Positions 41,597 to 54,560 of a stretch of 64,000 nucleotides of DNA are shown here, piece after piece. The position numbers and the translations under genes were made by a program. The notes under the pieces are model-generated. The model ran no database searches. It saw only the letters and a program-made list of their open reading frames with translations, and was not told the origin of the DNA. The first letter of the stretch is position 1, and each line of letters starts with the position of its first letter. The stretch comes from the human T2T-CHM13v2.0 reference genome, Homo sapiens. The stretch lies in assembly GCF_009914755.1 (NCBI RefSeq), contig NC_060929.1, one strand, 5' to 3'.

Positions 41597-42058
41597 TAGT
41601 AATGAGTTCCTTCCACATTGTTGCAAATGACAGAGATATAATTCTTTTTTGTGGCTGAATAGTACTCCATTATGTATATGTACCACATTTTCTTTATCCA
41701 TTCATCTGCTGATGGGCACTTGGGTTGCGTCCAAATCTTGGCTATAGTGGATAGTGCTGCAATAAACATGGGAATGCAGATATCTCTTTGGCATGCCAAT
41801 TTTCTCTTTTTGGGGTATATACTGAGGAGTAGGATTGCTGGATCATATGGTAACTCTATTTTTAGTTTTTGAGGACCCTTTATGCTGTTCTCCATAGTGG
41901 TTGGACTAATTTATGTTTTCACCAACATTTTACAAGGGTTTCCCTTTCTCCACATCCTTGCCAGCATCTGTTATTTCCTCTCTTAAGGATAGTAGCCATT
42001 TTAACTGGGGTGAGATGATATCTCACTGCAGTTTTGATTTGCATTTCTCCGATAATGA

Positions 42059-42392
<334 letters not shown>

Positions 42393-42597
42393 ATGTTGAG
42401 TACCTTTTCATATGCCTATTAGCCATTTGTACATCTTCTTTTGAGAAATTATTCAAATCATTTGCCCATTTTTCAATTGGATTATTAGATTCTCTCCAAT
42501 AGAGTTGTTTGTTATTCTGGTTATTAATTCCTTGTCAGAACAGCAGTCTGTATATATCTTCTGCCATCCAATGAGTTGTCTCTTCACCATGCTGATT

Positions 42598-42621
42598 TGT
42601 GTGTGTGTGTGTGTGTGTGTG
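42598..42621. repeat. (TG)n microsatellite
   Basis: Seen directly. Confidence 0.95.
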
Positions 42622-42950
42622 CAGAAGCTTTTTAACTTGATGTAATCCTATTTGTCCATTTTTTTGCTTTGATTGCCTGTGCTTGTGAGGTATTACTCAA
42701 GAAACCTTTGCACAATGTCCTGGAGTGTTTCCCCCATGTTTTTCTTTAGTAGTTTTATAGTTTGAGGCACTATATTTTATTTCTAAATTTATTTCTAAGA
42801 TGGTCCAATTACTATAGGAAGTTAGTTTGAGATGAAGTTCTGAAAGTCATGATTTACGGTGAATTATTATAGCTCTAAGTCTGTCACTATGTGTATTTTC
42901 CCTCCTGACTCAGAAATGGTATAAGATTTAAATTTTCAAAAAGTATTGAT

Positions 42951-43591
42951 CTGGGGTTAGATGGCATCTCATTGTGGTTTTGATTTGCATTTACCCAACA
43001 GTGACACTGAGCATTTTTTCCATAAACCTGTTGTTCACTTGTATGTATCCTTTTGAGAAATGTCTACTCAGATCCTTTACCCAATTCTTATGGGATTATT
43101 ATTATTTTACTTCATTTTTTGCTGTTGGGTTGTTTGAGTTCTTTTTGTATTCTGGATATTAGTCCCTTGTCAGATGAATAGTTTGCAAATAATTTCTCTC
43201 ATTCTTCAGGTTGTTTCTCATTCTTGATCATTTCCTTTGCTATACAGAATCTTGTTAGTTTAAAATAGTCCTATTAGTCTATTTCATTATTGTTGCCTGT
43301 GCTTGAAGATGTGGAGCAAACTCTTATGTACTGTTGGTGGGAACTTTTATGTACTGTTGATGTAAATTAGCACACTCATTATGCACAACAGTATGGAGGT
43401 TTCTCAAAAAACTAAAACTAGAACTACCATACAATCTAACAATCCCACTACTGGGTATTTATCCAAGGAAAAGAAATCCTTATATCAAAGAGATACCTGC
43501 ACCTTGATGTTTATTGTAGCACTATTCCTAATAGCCATGATATGGAACCCACCTAAGTGTCTATCAGCTGATGAATGGATAAAGAAAATGT

Positions 43592-43627
<36 letters not shown>

Positions 43628-44135
43628 TACATATATACATATATGTATAATGAAATGCTATTCAGTCATAAAGATAATTAAATCCTCTCATTTGCAGCAA
43701 CGTGGATGGAACTGGAGGTTCAATGACATAAGCCGGGCACAGAAAGACGAATACCACATGTTCTCACTCTTATGTGGGAGCTAAAAACATTGATCTCATG
43801 GAGTAGAGTGTGGAATGATAGTAAGCAGAGGCTGGGAAGGGTGTGAGGGAAGAGGGATGAAGAGACATTGGTTAATGGGTACAAACATACAGTTAGATAC
43901 AAGGAATAAGCTCTAGTGCCCAGTAACACAGTAGCGTTACTGTAGTTAACAGTAATTTATTGTATATTTCTAAATAGTTAGAAGAGAAGAATTAGAATAT
44001 TTCCAACAAAAAATGACAAATGTTTGAGGTAATAGATATCCTAACTATCCTGATTTGATTATTATATATTATATGCATGTATCAGAATGTCACATGTACC
44101 CCATTAGTATGTACAATTATTATGTATCGAAAAAT
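42951..44135 (+). mobile_element. 5'-inverted L1MA4/5-like element (inverted part 42951-43304, sense part 43305-44135)
   Basis: Antisense ORF2 piece abuts a sense ORF2 end plus 3' UTR (GGTTAATGGGTACAAACATACAGTTAGATA...ACAATTATTATGTATC). Confidence 0.88.
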
Positions 44136-44704
44136 TTTGAGAGTAGTCATCTGCTGGGACTGTGATTCAAGAATTTGCAGGTTAGGTAATCCTTCAGAGA
44201 ACATGCTAGCCTTTCAGTGATGATTGAAAACTGCAGTACATAAAAAAAAAAAAGCATTTCATCTTAGAGAGACCAGTGGCATTTGTTTCATTATTAACCA
44301 GAGTACTGAAAACATTTCATTTCATGAATGTCATGTAAAAATGTAAGAGGGTCACCAACAAATTAAAGTAATATATTTTGAAAGCTTCTTCACATTAAGA
44401 CTTTTTTGTACTGTTCTGACATGACCTCGGGTGTTTGGAGCCCAGGGAGATGACATGGCATGGGAGTGCCGGGTGGAAGGTGCTAGAATGTGCCATTGAG
44501 TGACATTTTAGAGGGGCTGCCTTGCTGGCCCTGTCCACAGTCTCAGGCACTCCCACTGGAATACACCATCTGTGCCTCCTCTCCTTCCTCCTATGAATGG
44601 CCTCCTATTTCATCTTTTCCTCTCCAAATCTGGTTCAATACACAAAATGCGATTCAGTTGTCTTTTACTCTATCAAGCCTTGCTAATCTGCAGTTCTCGC
44701 TCTT

Positions 44705-44890
44705 AAGTAATATTAATAATTTCCAGTATTATTTGCTTGCATATTACTGGGAAATTTACAAACATTTTTATGAAAATCTTATGTTATTGAGCTCCGATTG
44801 ATACTATCTCATCATCAGTTAATATTGATAGACTAGATTTTATCTTTCAAGGTGAGGAAACCCAGGTTCCAAGAAGTTAAATGATGCTCT
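44705..44890 (-). mobile_element. MIR fragment
   Basis: GGTGAGGAAACCCAGGTTCCAAGAAGTTAAATGA core. Confidence 0.65.
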
Positions 44891-45339
44891 TGTAAGACAT
44901 CAATATTTACTTTAATCCATCTGTCAATTGATGAAATAGTCTTCCTCTTGACAAAATACAATGTTAAATCAATTATAATGTCCCAAGCTTTTATTCTACT
45001 TATATACTACGGAGTTGAAAATATGATTATGGGTGCTTTGAGAGGTCTTCTAAGTGACCAGCTAAATAAACAACAAATATACAGCATTCAGAATTTATTC
45101 ATAATATAGTAATACCCAATTAGAAAATGGATTAGGGAAAAATAATCCAATTTGCAGGACCTACAAGGTTTTTAAAAAATGCATTTTATAACAAATGTGC
45201 ATCATCTTCCCAGGGAAAATAATGAAATTGTGTGAGTGTGCCTGTTGATCTAAAGGAAGCCTTGAATGAATGGAGCACTGCTGCAGAGAGACCCAAGCTC
45301 CATTAGCCTTCCTGGAACTGCCCAGAAAGTAACTGCCTT

Positions 45340-46000
45340 CAAAGGACAATTCCACGTCTTCTCTCCTCTCTTTGTCTATTCTCATTCCCAGATGATGACT
45401 TTGTTTTTTATCCTATGTCACTGGAAAGTTTTAAGCAATCTGAAGAGCTTCCACCACCACATCCAAATAACTACACTTCTATCCTCTTTCTTTCTATCAT
45501 AAACTATGACATGCCTGTGGCTCTCCGATCTTGGGCCAGCTTCTCTTGGGTACCAGTTTTCAGGTATTCTCAGCTACCCAGCTGTTTTTGTTTTCCTTTC
45601 TCTTCTGCATCCTAAAAATCTCTCTGCTAGATGTTTTCCTTCAGTACACTTACATTTTACTTCTTACATGTTAAAATTCAGCACTTCAGACCCGATTTCC
45701 CATAAACTGCCATCCCATTCCTCTCTTCTCATTGATAACAAACTCTTTGAAAGAATTGTCTGTGCTCCTTGGTCCCAGTCTTCCGTAGACCCCATGCCAA
45801 TCTGGAGTGGATGACATCAGAAAGGAGGTAAGAGGAGCCAGAGGAGAGTACAGGTCACAGAATGAGCCCATTCAGCGAAACTACACTTAAGGTCATCTTG
45901 ACAAGGTCACCAGTAACTTACATGTCACTAACTAAATTCAGTGGACCAATTATCAGCCCTCTTTATACCTGCTGTACACAGGGAGTTCCTTTCTCCCTCC
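45340..46000 (+). mobile_element. L2 ORF2 fragment
   Basis: CAAACTCTTTGAAAGAATTGTCT; CAAGGTCACCAGTAACTTACATGT...AAATTCAGTGG. Confidence 0.65.
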
Positions 46001-46009
46001 GAAACTTGA

Positions 46010-46760
46010 ATAGATATGGCTATGCAGACATTTAAAACTTTTATAAGTCTAAGTAGAAAACATAGACATATAAAGAATTTTAATAAACTATCAATTGGAA
46101 AAAGTATATGAAAGTTATCTGAGAGGCAAAAGGTTAACATTCTTGACATATAGAGAGCTTTTTATGTTTAATAATAAAATCAAAATAAAATAGACAAAGA
46201 CATGAATGTAAAATTCGTGGAACAAAAAAAGCATGAAAAAATTAAGTTTAATTTCAGCAATAATAAATAAATTCAAACTAACATGTCAGGGATATGACAT
46301 GCTTTCAAAACAGAAAGAATTATAATGCAAAGCAGAAGAGATACACACATATTTTGCTGATGGAGTGAAGGTTGCTACAAATTCATGAAAAGGATTTTGG
46401 TGATTTTTTTTCTTACATCTTAAAATGTGCATTTCCTTTGACATATTAGTTTCTCATCTGGTGAACTATCCTAAGAACATAATTATATAAATATGCAAAA
46501 TATATAACTGAGTCTTCATTGGAAGCATTCTGCAGTAGAGAAGCACTACATTTTAAAAAACTATGACACATTAGCATAAACTATGATATAAAGTTTTATT
46601 AACATTCTAGTTGTGATACATCATTACAGAACTATATATGTGGTACAATCTTGTTTTTGTTCTTTATATTAGAAAAACAGATAGGAGGAGAAATATCCAG
46701 ATAATAAAAGGAGTGATCTATGGCTGTGGATGTTAAAGATATTTACAGTGATAGTCCCCC
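46010..46760 (+). mobile_element. L1ME-type 3' fragment
   Basis: A-rich; AAGGTTAACATTCTTGACATATAGAGAGC, AAAATAGACAAAGACATGAA, TTCCTTTGAC. Confidence 0.6.
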
Positions 46761-48882
46761 TCATTTGAATCTTTTACATTTATTTTAATAAATATCTATT
46801 TTTATGAGGATAAAGTAATAAAATAGAATAAAACACGACATTCTTATAAGGGAAAGTTCTGAGTTTAAATCCAAGGTGACAATATATGTGATATTATTCA
46901 TTACGAACAAATAAGATGAGAGAAACTGAATGAGTTCCTGGGGAAACTTTGTCTCTAGGTGCAGGTGGGCATTCAAAGTGTGCACTGCCCGACTGTCGCT
47001 ATCTCTTCATTATAGTGCTGTTGCAAATTTTAAAGAGTTTCATGAAGTATCGTAATAGTCAAAGTTTATACACAGACGTGATACACAGTTGTGAATGGGC
47101 ACACAAATGTACATATATTTCCATGCTTATACACACAGGAGTTAACATGCACACACATAAATATGTACATACACGTATTTCTAGTTGAGTCTTCTGGCAC
47201 ATCCCTGATACTTGGTTTATAAACTTTCTGTGCGAATTTCTCCAAGTTATTTTTAACATGAATTTTAAGGGCAGTTAAAACAAAGCTTTTGTGTTAGAAA
47301 CTGAGAGTTTCAGACAGTGTTTAGGGAAGGGCAACACCCGCTCTTTGCAGTAGCTGATAGCTGCATGAGCAACTGTGAATGTCTCTGGCCTATCTAGGCT
47401 GATCATCACTGTGGAAACAGACCTTGCTTTATAGGAAATGGGGTAGGGTGCCTGAAGTATCATGCTTAGCTTCACCTTGCTCACATAGCAACTTCCATTT
47501 CTTGCCTCCATAAATTCTGACATTTTACAAAGAGAAATTTACAAAAAAAGAAAAAAATACTGACTTTGGAGCACATACTGCCATTGGAGCAAGCTGACTT
47601 GCAGGTAAAATGAGATCGATCAGAAGTTTGTTAGATGTGAGCTAAAATTGAGACACAGTGCCTGGCAGTGACTGCACAGGTCCAAGGTAGGCAAGTCAGA
47701 ATAAAGTGGCATGTGCGTTGGAGGTCAGGGTTCCTTGATAAGGCCAGTTCCTGGAAGGGAATGGCCTCAGTCTCCCATGCGGTGGAAGACAACATGCCTC
47801 TGGGGACCAGACACCATGCTAAGGTGGCAGTGTCATGGACACAGGCTTCCTCCCAGTGGTTTCAAAGCATTAGTTCGAGTTCATGCCTGTGAATGAAAGA
47901 TCTGTCTTTCAAGATGTCTTAAAAAGGCTATGTGTGTGATTGCTTGGCCTGGGCCTTCAGGAAAGTATTATGGTCCTTGATATGAGACAGCTGTCCACCC
48001 ATGCTGGATCTCTGGAATTCAGATTCACCCCTTCTCCAGACCATCACAGCCAAGGGCCTGCCCATCCTGTCAGTCCCAGTGCCTGCTTGTCATGCTATGG
48101 GTCATACCCTCCACATTCTCAGAGGAGCCTTCTCTGAAATGACCCCCACCATCACCACTGCCACACCCAAACATGAAGGTCCACATTCCTCTCCCAATGC
48201 CGTTTGTTATCATAGCACACCATTTTCCTTTTATGGGCCTCATCATAAACAGATAACCTATGTCTTTGGTTATCATTTGTTAAAAGAAAGTCTCCTCTTC
48301 CTGTCTAGAAGCTTTGTGAAGGCAGAAGCGATCTCTCCTTTGCCACCCAGAGCCTGACAGAGTCTAACACAGAGAAAGCTTTCCACTGTGGGTGAGGCGA
48401 CTGCTGATGAGCCATGTTGGATCTTCTTCATGTACTCAGCTCCTAGATAACACATTTGGTTTGTTCAGTGGCAAAGCACTTGGTTCCCCATGAAGTCATT
48501 ATTTTCTTCCCATTTTCCCAATGAGACATTTAAAATATGTTGTCTGAGGTCATGGTGCTGGGAGAAGATGAAGATTATTCCACTTTTGATGAGAATAACC
48601 CATCTGACATGAAACCATTTAAAATATGGTACTTTTGAGTCATCATCTAAATTGATTTCTTTGTTTTCTTTCAGGACCAAAATATACATTCTTATGTGAC
48701 AAGTTCAGACTGTTTATTTAGAGATTCTTTTATTGGAAAGCTCTGAGTGGTGTAGGTGAAAACTTGTGTATTCAAAACACACATCATTAAAAGGGCTTTT
48801 TAATGTTTGGATTCCTACTGAAAGGAAAGAAAAAAACATTATGATATTAATCATAAAAGTTAAAAGTAACCAAGTGGTCTTG

Positions 48883-49226
48883 TGGTATGGTTTGGCTGTG
48901 TCCCCACCCAAATCTCACCTTGAATTGTAATAATCCCCATGTGTAAAGGGAGGGGCCAGGTGGAGATGACTGACTCATGGGGGCAGTTTCCCTCATACTG
49001 TAATATGGGAGTGAATGAATCTCATGGGATCTGATGGTTTTATAAATAGAGTTCCCCTGCACAAGCTCTCTTGCCGGCCACCATGTAAGACACCCGTTTG
49101 CTCTTCCTTCGTCTTCCACCATGATTGTGAGGCCTCCCCAGCCATGTCGAGCTGTGAGTCCATTAAACCTCTTTCCTTGATAAATTACCCAGTCTTGGGT
49201 ATGTCTAATACATCTTGACTAATACA
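48883..49226 (+). mobile_element. THE1D-like MaLR solo LTR
   Basis: TGGTATGGTTTGGCTGTGTCCCCACCCAAATCTC...GACTAATACA; 5-bp TSD TCTTG (48878-48882 / 49227-49231). Confidence 0.95.
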
Positions 49227-50328
49227 TCTTGCCAGGATTTCCAGGTGGTATGTGGGCTTGGGGGTCACTGACTCCCTCCATCCCTCTGTCTTGTGGGGAA
49301 TTCCTTGTGCCCCTGTCCCTCAAGCATGTTTCTAAGGGACTTGCACTTCTCCTACTTAGCTCTCCCTCAGAACTTCTGCTTCCATTAAATTTTTAACCCT
49401 CCTGTATCAAGGCTGCATTGCATAGTGGCTTTTCTTTTGTCTGCTCATTTTTTAGGGGCAATGGAGAGAGTGTGACAGATGACACTGGGGAGCACGTTGA
49501 AGTGGAAGTTAGGTGATCAAAAGGGCCTGACCACCAATGGGAATTTCTCCCAAGGCCCTTCCCACGAGGCCAGTGTCCTGAGCATTCTCGCCCCTAGATC
49601 CCTTTGCCCATTTCTTCTAGAATCCCAAAGCCCCTCGTCAGTGCCCAGCCCACAACACCAAGATTCCTGGGAGAGGTTAAGCTGCAGATCTCCTCCTCAG
49701 GCTCATTTGCGGTCCAGACCTGCCTGTGCAACCCCGAGGGACCCATGAATGAGCCTCCCCTGAAGAATGAGTCATCTGTCCCTCATCAGTAACTGACACG
49801 TAGACATTGCTCTGATGTGAGCTGATTCAAATAGCTGGGTCCTGCCTTCTCCCCAGTTTACCATTTCTGCAAGAAAAATATGCAAAACACAGACTTTCCT
49901 GCCCTGCCCAGAGCACTCCTGAGGCCCGGCTCTCCCACTCCCATTTCTACTGTGAAACATGCGTCTTGGGTGTCTTGGATACCCCCCTTTGCTGCAGACT
50001 TTCCAAAATTACGCATCTGAGTCTCTGAGACCTGTTAGCAGAGTTCTCACAAGAAACATACAAGGACAAGTAGGACAGCAGGGCCCCTAGCACTCCTAGG
50101 TGGCACTCGCCAATCCAGGGACTATTGCACCCTCCACTGTCTTCTTTCTTTTTGACACACTTACATATTGAGTGTTGCAGTTTCCCTGGTTCACCTTGCC
50201 ACTCAGCCCTTCCTTGGGTTGCTTCTTCAACTGGGACTGTTTTCTTGTTCCTCATCTCTTGGCTCATCCTGGGGCCACTGCTGGGTCATCTTGGCATGAT
50301 TCTATCACATCCCTGTGCCTGGCTAGGC

Positions 50329-50525
50329 ATATGGTAGTGAGTGAGTCTCACAAGATCTGATAGTTTTATAGAGTTCCCCTGCACGAGCTCTCTTGCCTGC
50401 CGCCATGTAAGACATTCCTTTGCTCTACCTTCATCTTCCACCATGATTGTGAGGCCTCCCCAGCCATGTCGAACTGTGAGTAAATTAAACCTCTTTCCTT
50501 GATAAATTAGCCAGCCTTGGGTATG
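50329..50525 (+). mobile_element. Internal THE1D-like LTR fragment lacking both termini
   Basis: Colinear with 49004-49203; no TG...CA ends and no TSD. Confidence 0.92.
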
Positions 50526-51458
50526 CATCTCCAACCCCAACTGGAGGAGGGACATTTGGACTGAGAGTACCCAGGATGTAAAACATAGAATATCCTCAAT
50601 GCAGTGCCCTCTGCACTTGCCTTTGCTATTTCTGCTTCAGTGTGTGTGTGTGTGTGGCAGGAGGTTCACTCTTGGAGACCCAGGTTAGCAGACCTGAGCT
50701 GTCCCGTGATGACTTAAGATGGGGTGACTGATGTGGAGACTTGAGCTGCGTATAGCTTCAGCATTAGAATTCTATCCTGTTATTCCTGATTTTTGTGCTT
50801 TTTGGTTGAATTTTGAATACAGACTTAACATTTCATTTAATGCAGAAGTAAAGACTCTAAGGAATGTAGTGGTAAAAATTATCATTCTTGGTGGGCTGGG
50901 GTACTATTTCTGAGAAGAGGCAATGTGCTATGTGATTGGAGGTTCATTATTACTATGACAGTAAGAAAGTTTTCATAGATTAAAATATACATAATTGACA
51001 TTAGTTCTTTTTCTTATTACAACTAGTAGGTGTTGTTTAATAAGAATAGCTTCTATAAGCGTTGTTCTTTTATTCCATTAATACCATGGTTTATATCTTT
51101 AAGAAGTTACTTTCCATGATATTAAATTGAACTATTTTCAAAGGAGAGTATTTAACTGTTTGTAATTCATTGCAAGCTGATTACTGTGTGCCTCACCCAC
51201 TCATGACCCCTGTAGGGTGAATAGGAAACAATGCATGAACAGAGATATGCCTGCCACTGAGAGGTAGAATGGCCTTGATGAGGTGAATTTAGCACTAGAC
51301 ATTAGGAGCAATGAGGCCACAGAGGCTTTAGTACATACACAGACATGGAAATTCTCCTAGTCTGATTTTATTGTCCCAATCTGAAAAATAAATGTAAAGA
51401 ATAGAAATGTACCTTATAGGTAATCAGCACATGTATTTCAAAGGCTCTAGCCAGTAAA

Positions 51459-51518
51459 CACACACGCACACACACACATGCATGCATGCACACACACACA
51501 TGCATGCACACACACACA
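51459..51518. repeat. Mixed (CA)n/(CATG)n alternating purine-pyrimidine tract
   Basis: Seen directly. Confidence 0.92.
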
Positions 51519-52081
51519 GGCACACCATCATTTTGGGGATGGTATTGCCTGACAGATGGTTAAGTGTCTTAAATCTACTTGGTTTAAGGTATGCCAAGCA
51601 ACCTTTCCAAAGACCACCTGAACAGACATGTCACTTAACTGGAAATTTAGAGAAGACCCATTAAAAATGTTATAAATCACAGTCACCGTAAGTCAGGTGT
51701 CTGTTAAATAATGGTGTCATTTAATATGATACAAGTAAGAAATAGAAACTCTGAAAATGAAATATACGTAATTGAGGACATAAACTTGAGGGAAAGGATG
51801 ATGCTATTGCATTAAAAAATAACATGCTCCTTACAATTAAAATACTAGTAAGAAAATCACAAAATGCACACAATTAGATTAATTATGTTACATGGCCATC
51901 CAAGAGGTACAAAATTAAATAAGGGGAATGCCTTACTATAATTGATAAATGGTAGCTGAGTGTTTTACTTGGTTTATCAACAAATTATAATTTTATCTAT
52001 TTAATAACTTGAATTCTATGATACTCAGGATGTATTCTCACATATCTGTGCTTGGTTCAAAAATGATCTAATTAAAAATGA

Positions 52082-52222
52082 TTTTTTTTTTTTTGAGACA
52101 CAGTCTTGCTCTGTTGCCCAGGCTGGAGTGCAATGGCACCATCTCAATTCACTGCAACCTCCGCCTCCTGACTTCAAGCCATTCTCCCTGCCTCAGCCTC
52201 CTGAGCAGCTGGGATTACAGGC
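52082..52222 (-). mobile_element. 5'-truncated AluS right arm
   Basis: TGAGACACAGTCTTGCTCTGTTGCCCAGGCTGG...GGGATTACAGGC; AAAATGAT on both sides. Confidence 0.92.
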
Positions 52223-52759
52223 TCAAAATGATATATATTTTTTATCACATTACCTACTTTCTTCCATTTATCTTTGTGTTTGTAAGAGGACTTAGAAACT
52301 AATAAAAATGCTAATTATATAAAATTGATCCCTGGTGAATCTCATAAGGGAACAAGTTAACCCATTATTATTTTTACTTTGAAGAATCATTTTTTGTTCT
52401 TTTCTTTTTGTGCATTATATATAGAAAAACAGTTTATATAATTTTGGTAGATAATTTAGAACATAAGCCATTGATATTTTTAGGTCTAAAATAGATGTTA
52501 AAATCACTACTTTATGTAACATATAAGTTATAGCCCCTAACTGGGTTGTTGACATCATATTATAATATGAAACTAATTTTTTATATTATTAATGTTTATC
52601 TTTCTTTAATGATTACTATTTCCATTTGGGAAAATTTAGAATGTGTTTTTTATAAGCACAAAACAACCAAACAAGTTGTTCTGTTTTATTCATCTATCTA
52701 TTACTATATTCTGTTTCCATGTTCCACATTGTGGTCATTTATTAAATTTTAAAAAGAAC

Positions 52760-54560
52760 TAACTGAACTTCCTGTGTGTGCCAGGCTGTCTGTTGCACAG
52801 CACTGAGTAACACAGGGGCTCTGCCCTGAAAGAGCACAGGTGTCACGGGGTGGAGGGCACATGGGCCAGGGTGCCAGGTGCTGTAGATGTCTGCTTCTCA
52901 GCAGCAGGGATCACCCTCCTGCACTGGACTTGGGTTTTCAGTAGGAAATTCTTGACCAGGTTGAAAGGGCACAGGGGAACCTAGAAAGGGACCATCACAA
53001 GGATGGAGGTGAGAAGGACACAAATCACTGTGTCATGCTGTGACCACAGGACAGGGCGTATGTTGGTCAGTGACATGTTTGGAAGTGGGACCACAATGAT
53101 AGGTGGAGGTGCGATTGTAAAGACCTGTAGTGTCACACCACAGGATGGAATGTTTTGCATTAGCATTGATTAATCATCCAATCTTTTGGGGGCATTGGAG
53201 GAATGTGATCATATCCATGTTTCAGCAGTTTTGCCATGGGGAAGTTAGATTGCAGGACGTTAAGACCAGCCCCTGGGAGCTCAGTTAGAAAATGACTGTA
53301 ATAAGCCATCAGAAGATGAACAGATATTAAAGGAAGGACTGTAGGAGTCAAGAAAGGGAGCCAGAGGCAATGGATATTTGGAGAATTGAATCATCGAGCT
53401 GCCAGATCTTATAGATCAGTTAGATGTGGGAGCAACTCTGAGATTCCTAAGTTAAACACTGGGGAGGAAGGTGGTGCCTTTAACAGAGATTTGCATCTGA
53501 GAGGAGAAAAAGGCCAGAGGAGGGAGGTTAATGGAGTGACTTGCAGAGTCGTTTGGGGAGGTTAACGGAGTGGCTTGCAGAGTCCAGTTTGGGGAGGTGA
53601 AGGTGTTATAATAGTAATGAAGGGTAAATAGAAGACACTATAGTTCTGGAAGTCAGAGGAGGGTGAGCTGCAGTTATAGATTGGGGCTCTTCCACCTGCA
53701 TTCAGTGGTGCAGTAGTGATGCTGTGGCTGTGATGAGACCCCTGCTAAGGAAAAAGGACATAGTGAGGAGCTGTGAGGGCCCGGGCTGCATCCTGAGTTC
53801 ATGGCCATTGCTCTTGTGCTCAGCCGGGGTTCTGAGCTATGTCCTGGGAAGAGTGTGGCTGTGGGGAGACAGCTTGACTTCCTCAGTGTCTCAGGGCAGT
53901 GGCTAATGGCAAAGAGATTGCAAACCATTGATGTAAGAGAAGGTCAAGGAGTTAAAAAATGAAGAAAAAGAAAGCAGAAGTAAAGTAAGAGGTATGGGAG
54001 GAAAGCCAGGAGTCAGCACTGATCTGTAAGTTTGGAAGGAAAGACAGTGAAGAGAAAGCCTGGGTCCATCTCTCCATGAGCTGTCAATGAGGGCATGGGC
54101 AGCCTTCCAAAAGGTTCTCAGCAGGGCTTTGAGGGTAGCAGCTCTTCTATGAATGGAGTGGCAGGAAGATGAATAAGAGGAAGTGAGTGCCTGTTACTCC
54201 TCTAAGAAGAGGACAGGGGAGTGAAGGAGAGAGGAGAGGGGGTATCGGGTGCCTTTATATAGAAAGAAAGAAACATAAGCCTGTTTTTAAACTGTAAGGA
54301 TCTGAAAATGGACACCAACATGGATGGACAAGGAATAAATAATTGCTGGAACTCTGTTGTTTAAGGCTGGAAACGACGATGTCTACAATGTGGGGTTAGA
54401 GGGGGATCCCTTCCTAGAAGATGTGAAGACAGTAGGCATGCAGCTTTGGGATGGCAGGAGTGTGAATTTGAGGAGATTGGCTCTTGCTGTCCTCTGTTTT
54501 CTTAGTGGAGAGAGATAGGACCACACATAGAAAGTGATGGAGGGATAGTGGAGCTGGGAG
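52760..54560 (-). mobile_element. Long decayed L2
   Basis: CTGTGTGTGCCAGGC...CTCTGCCCTGAAAGAGCACA; GAGGAATGTGATCATATC; GGTGGTGCCTTTAACAGAGAT; purine-rich L2 body. Confidence 0.75.
53522..53599. repeat. ~35-bp tandem duplication (about 2.2 copies)
   Basis: GGGAGGTTAAYGGAGTGRCTTGCAGAGTC(CA)GTTTG repeated. Confidence 0.9.

Noticed and set aside
53522-53599. Short direct repeats as a CRISPR-like array (also 8186-8222)
   Set aside because: Head-to-tail duplications without unique spacers, in eukaryotic DNA with no cas genes
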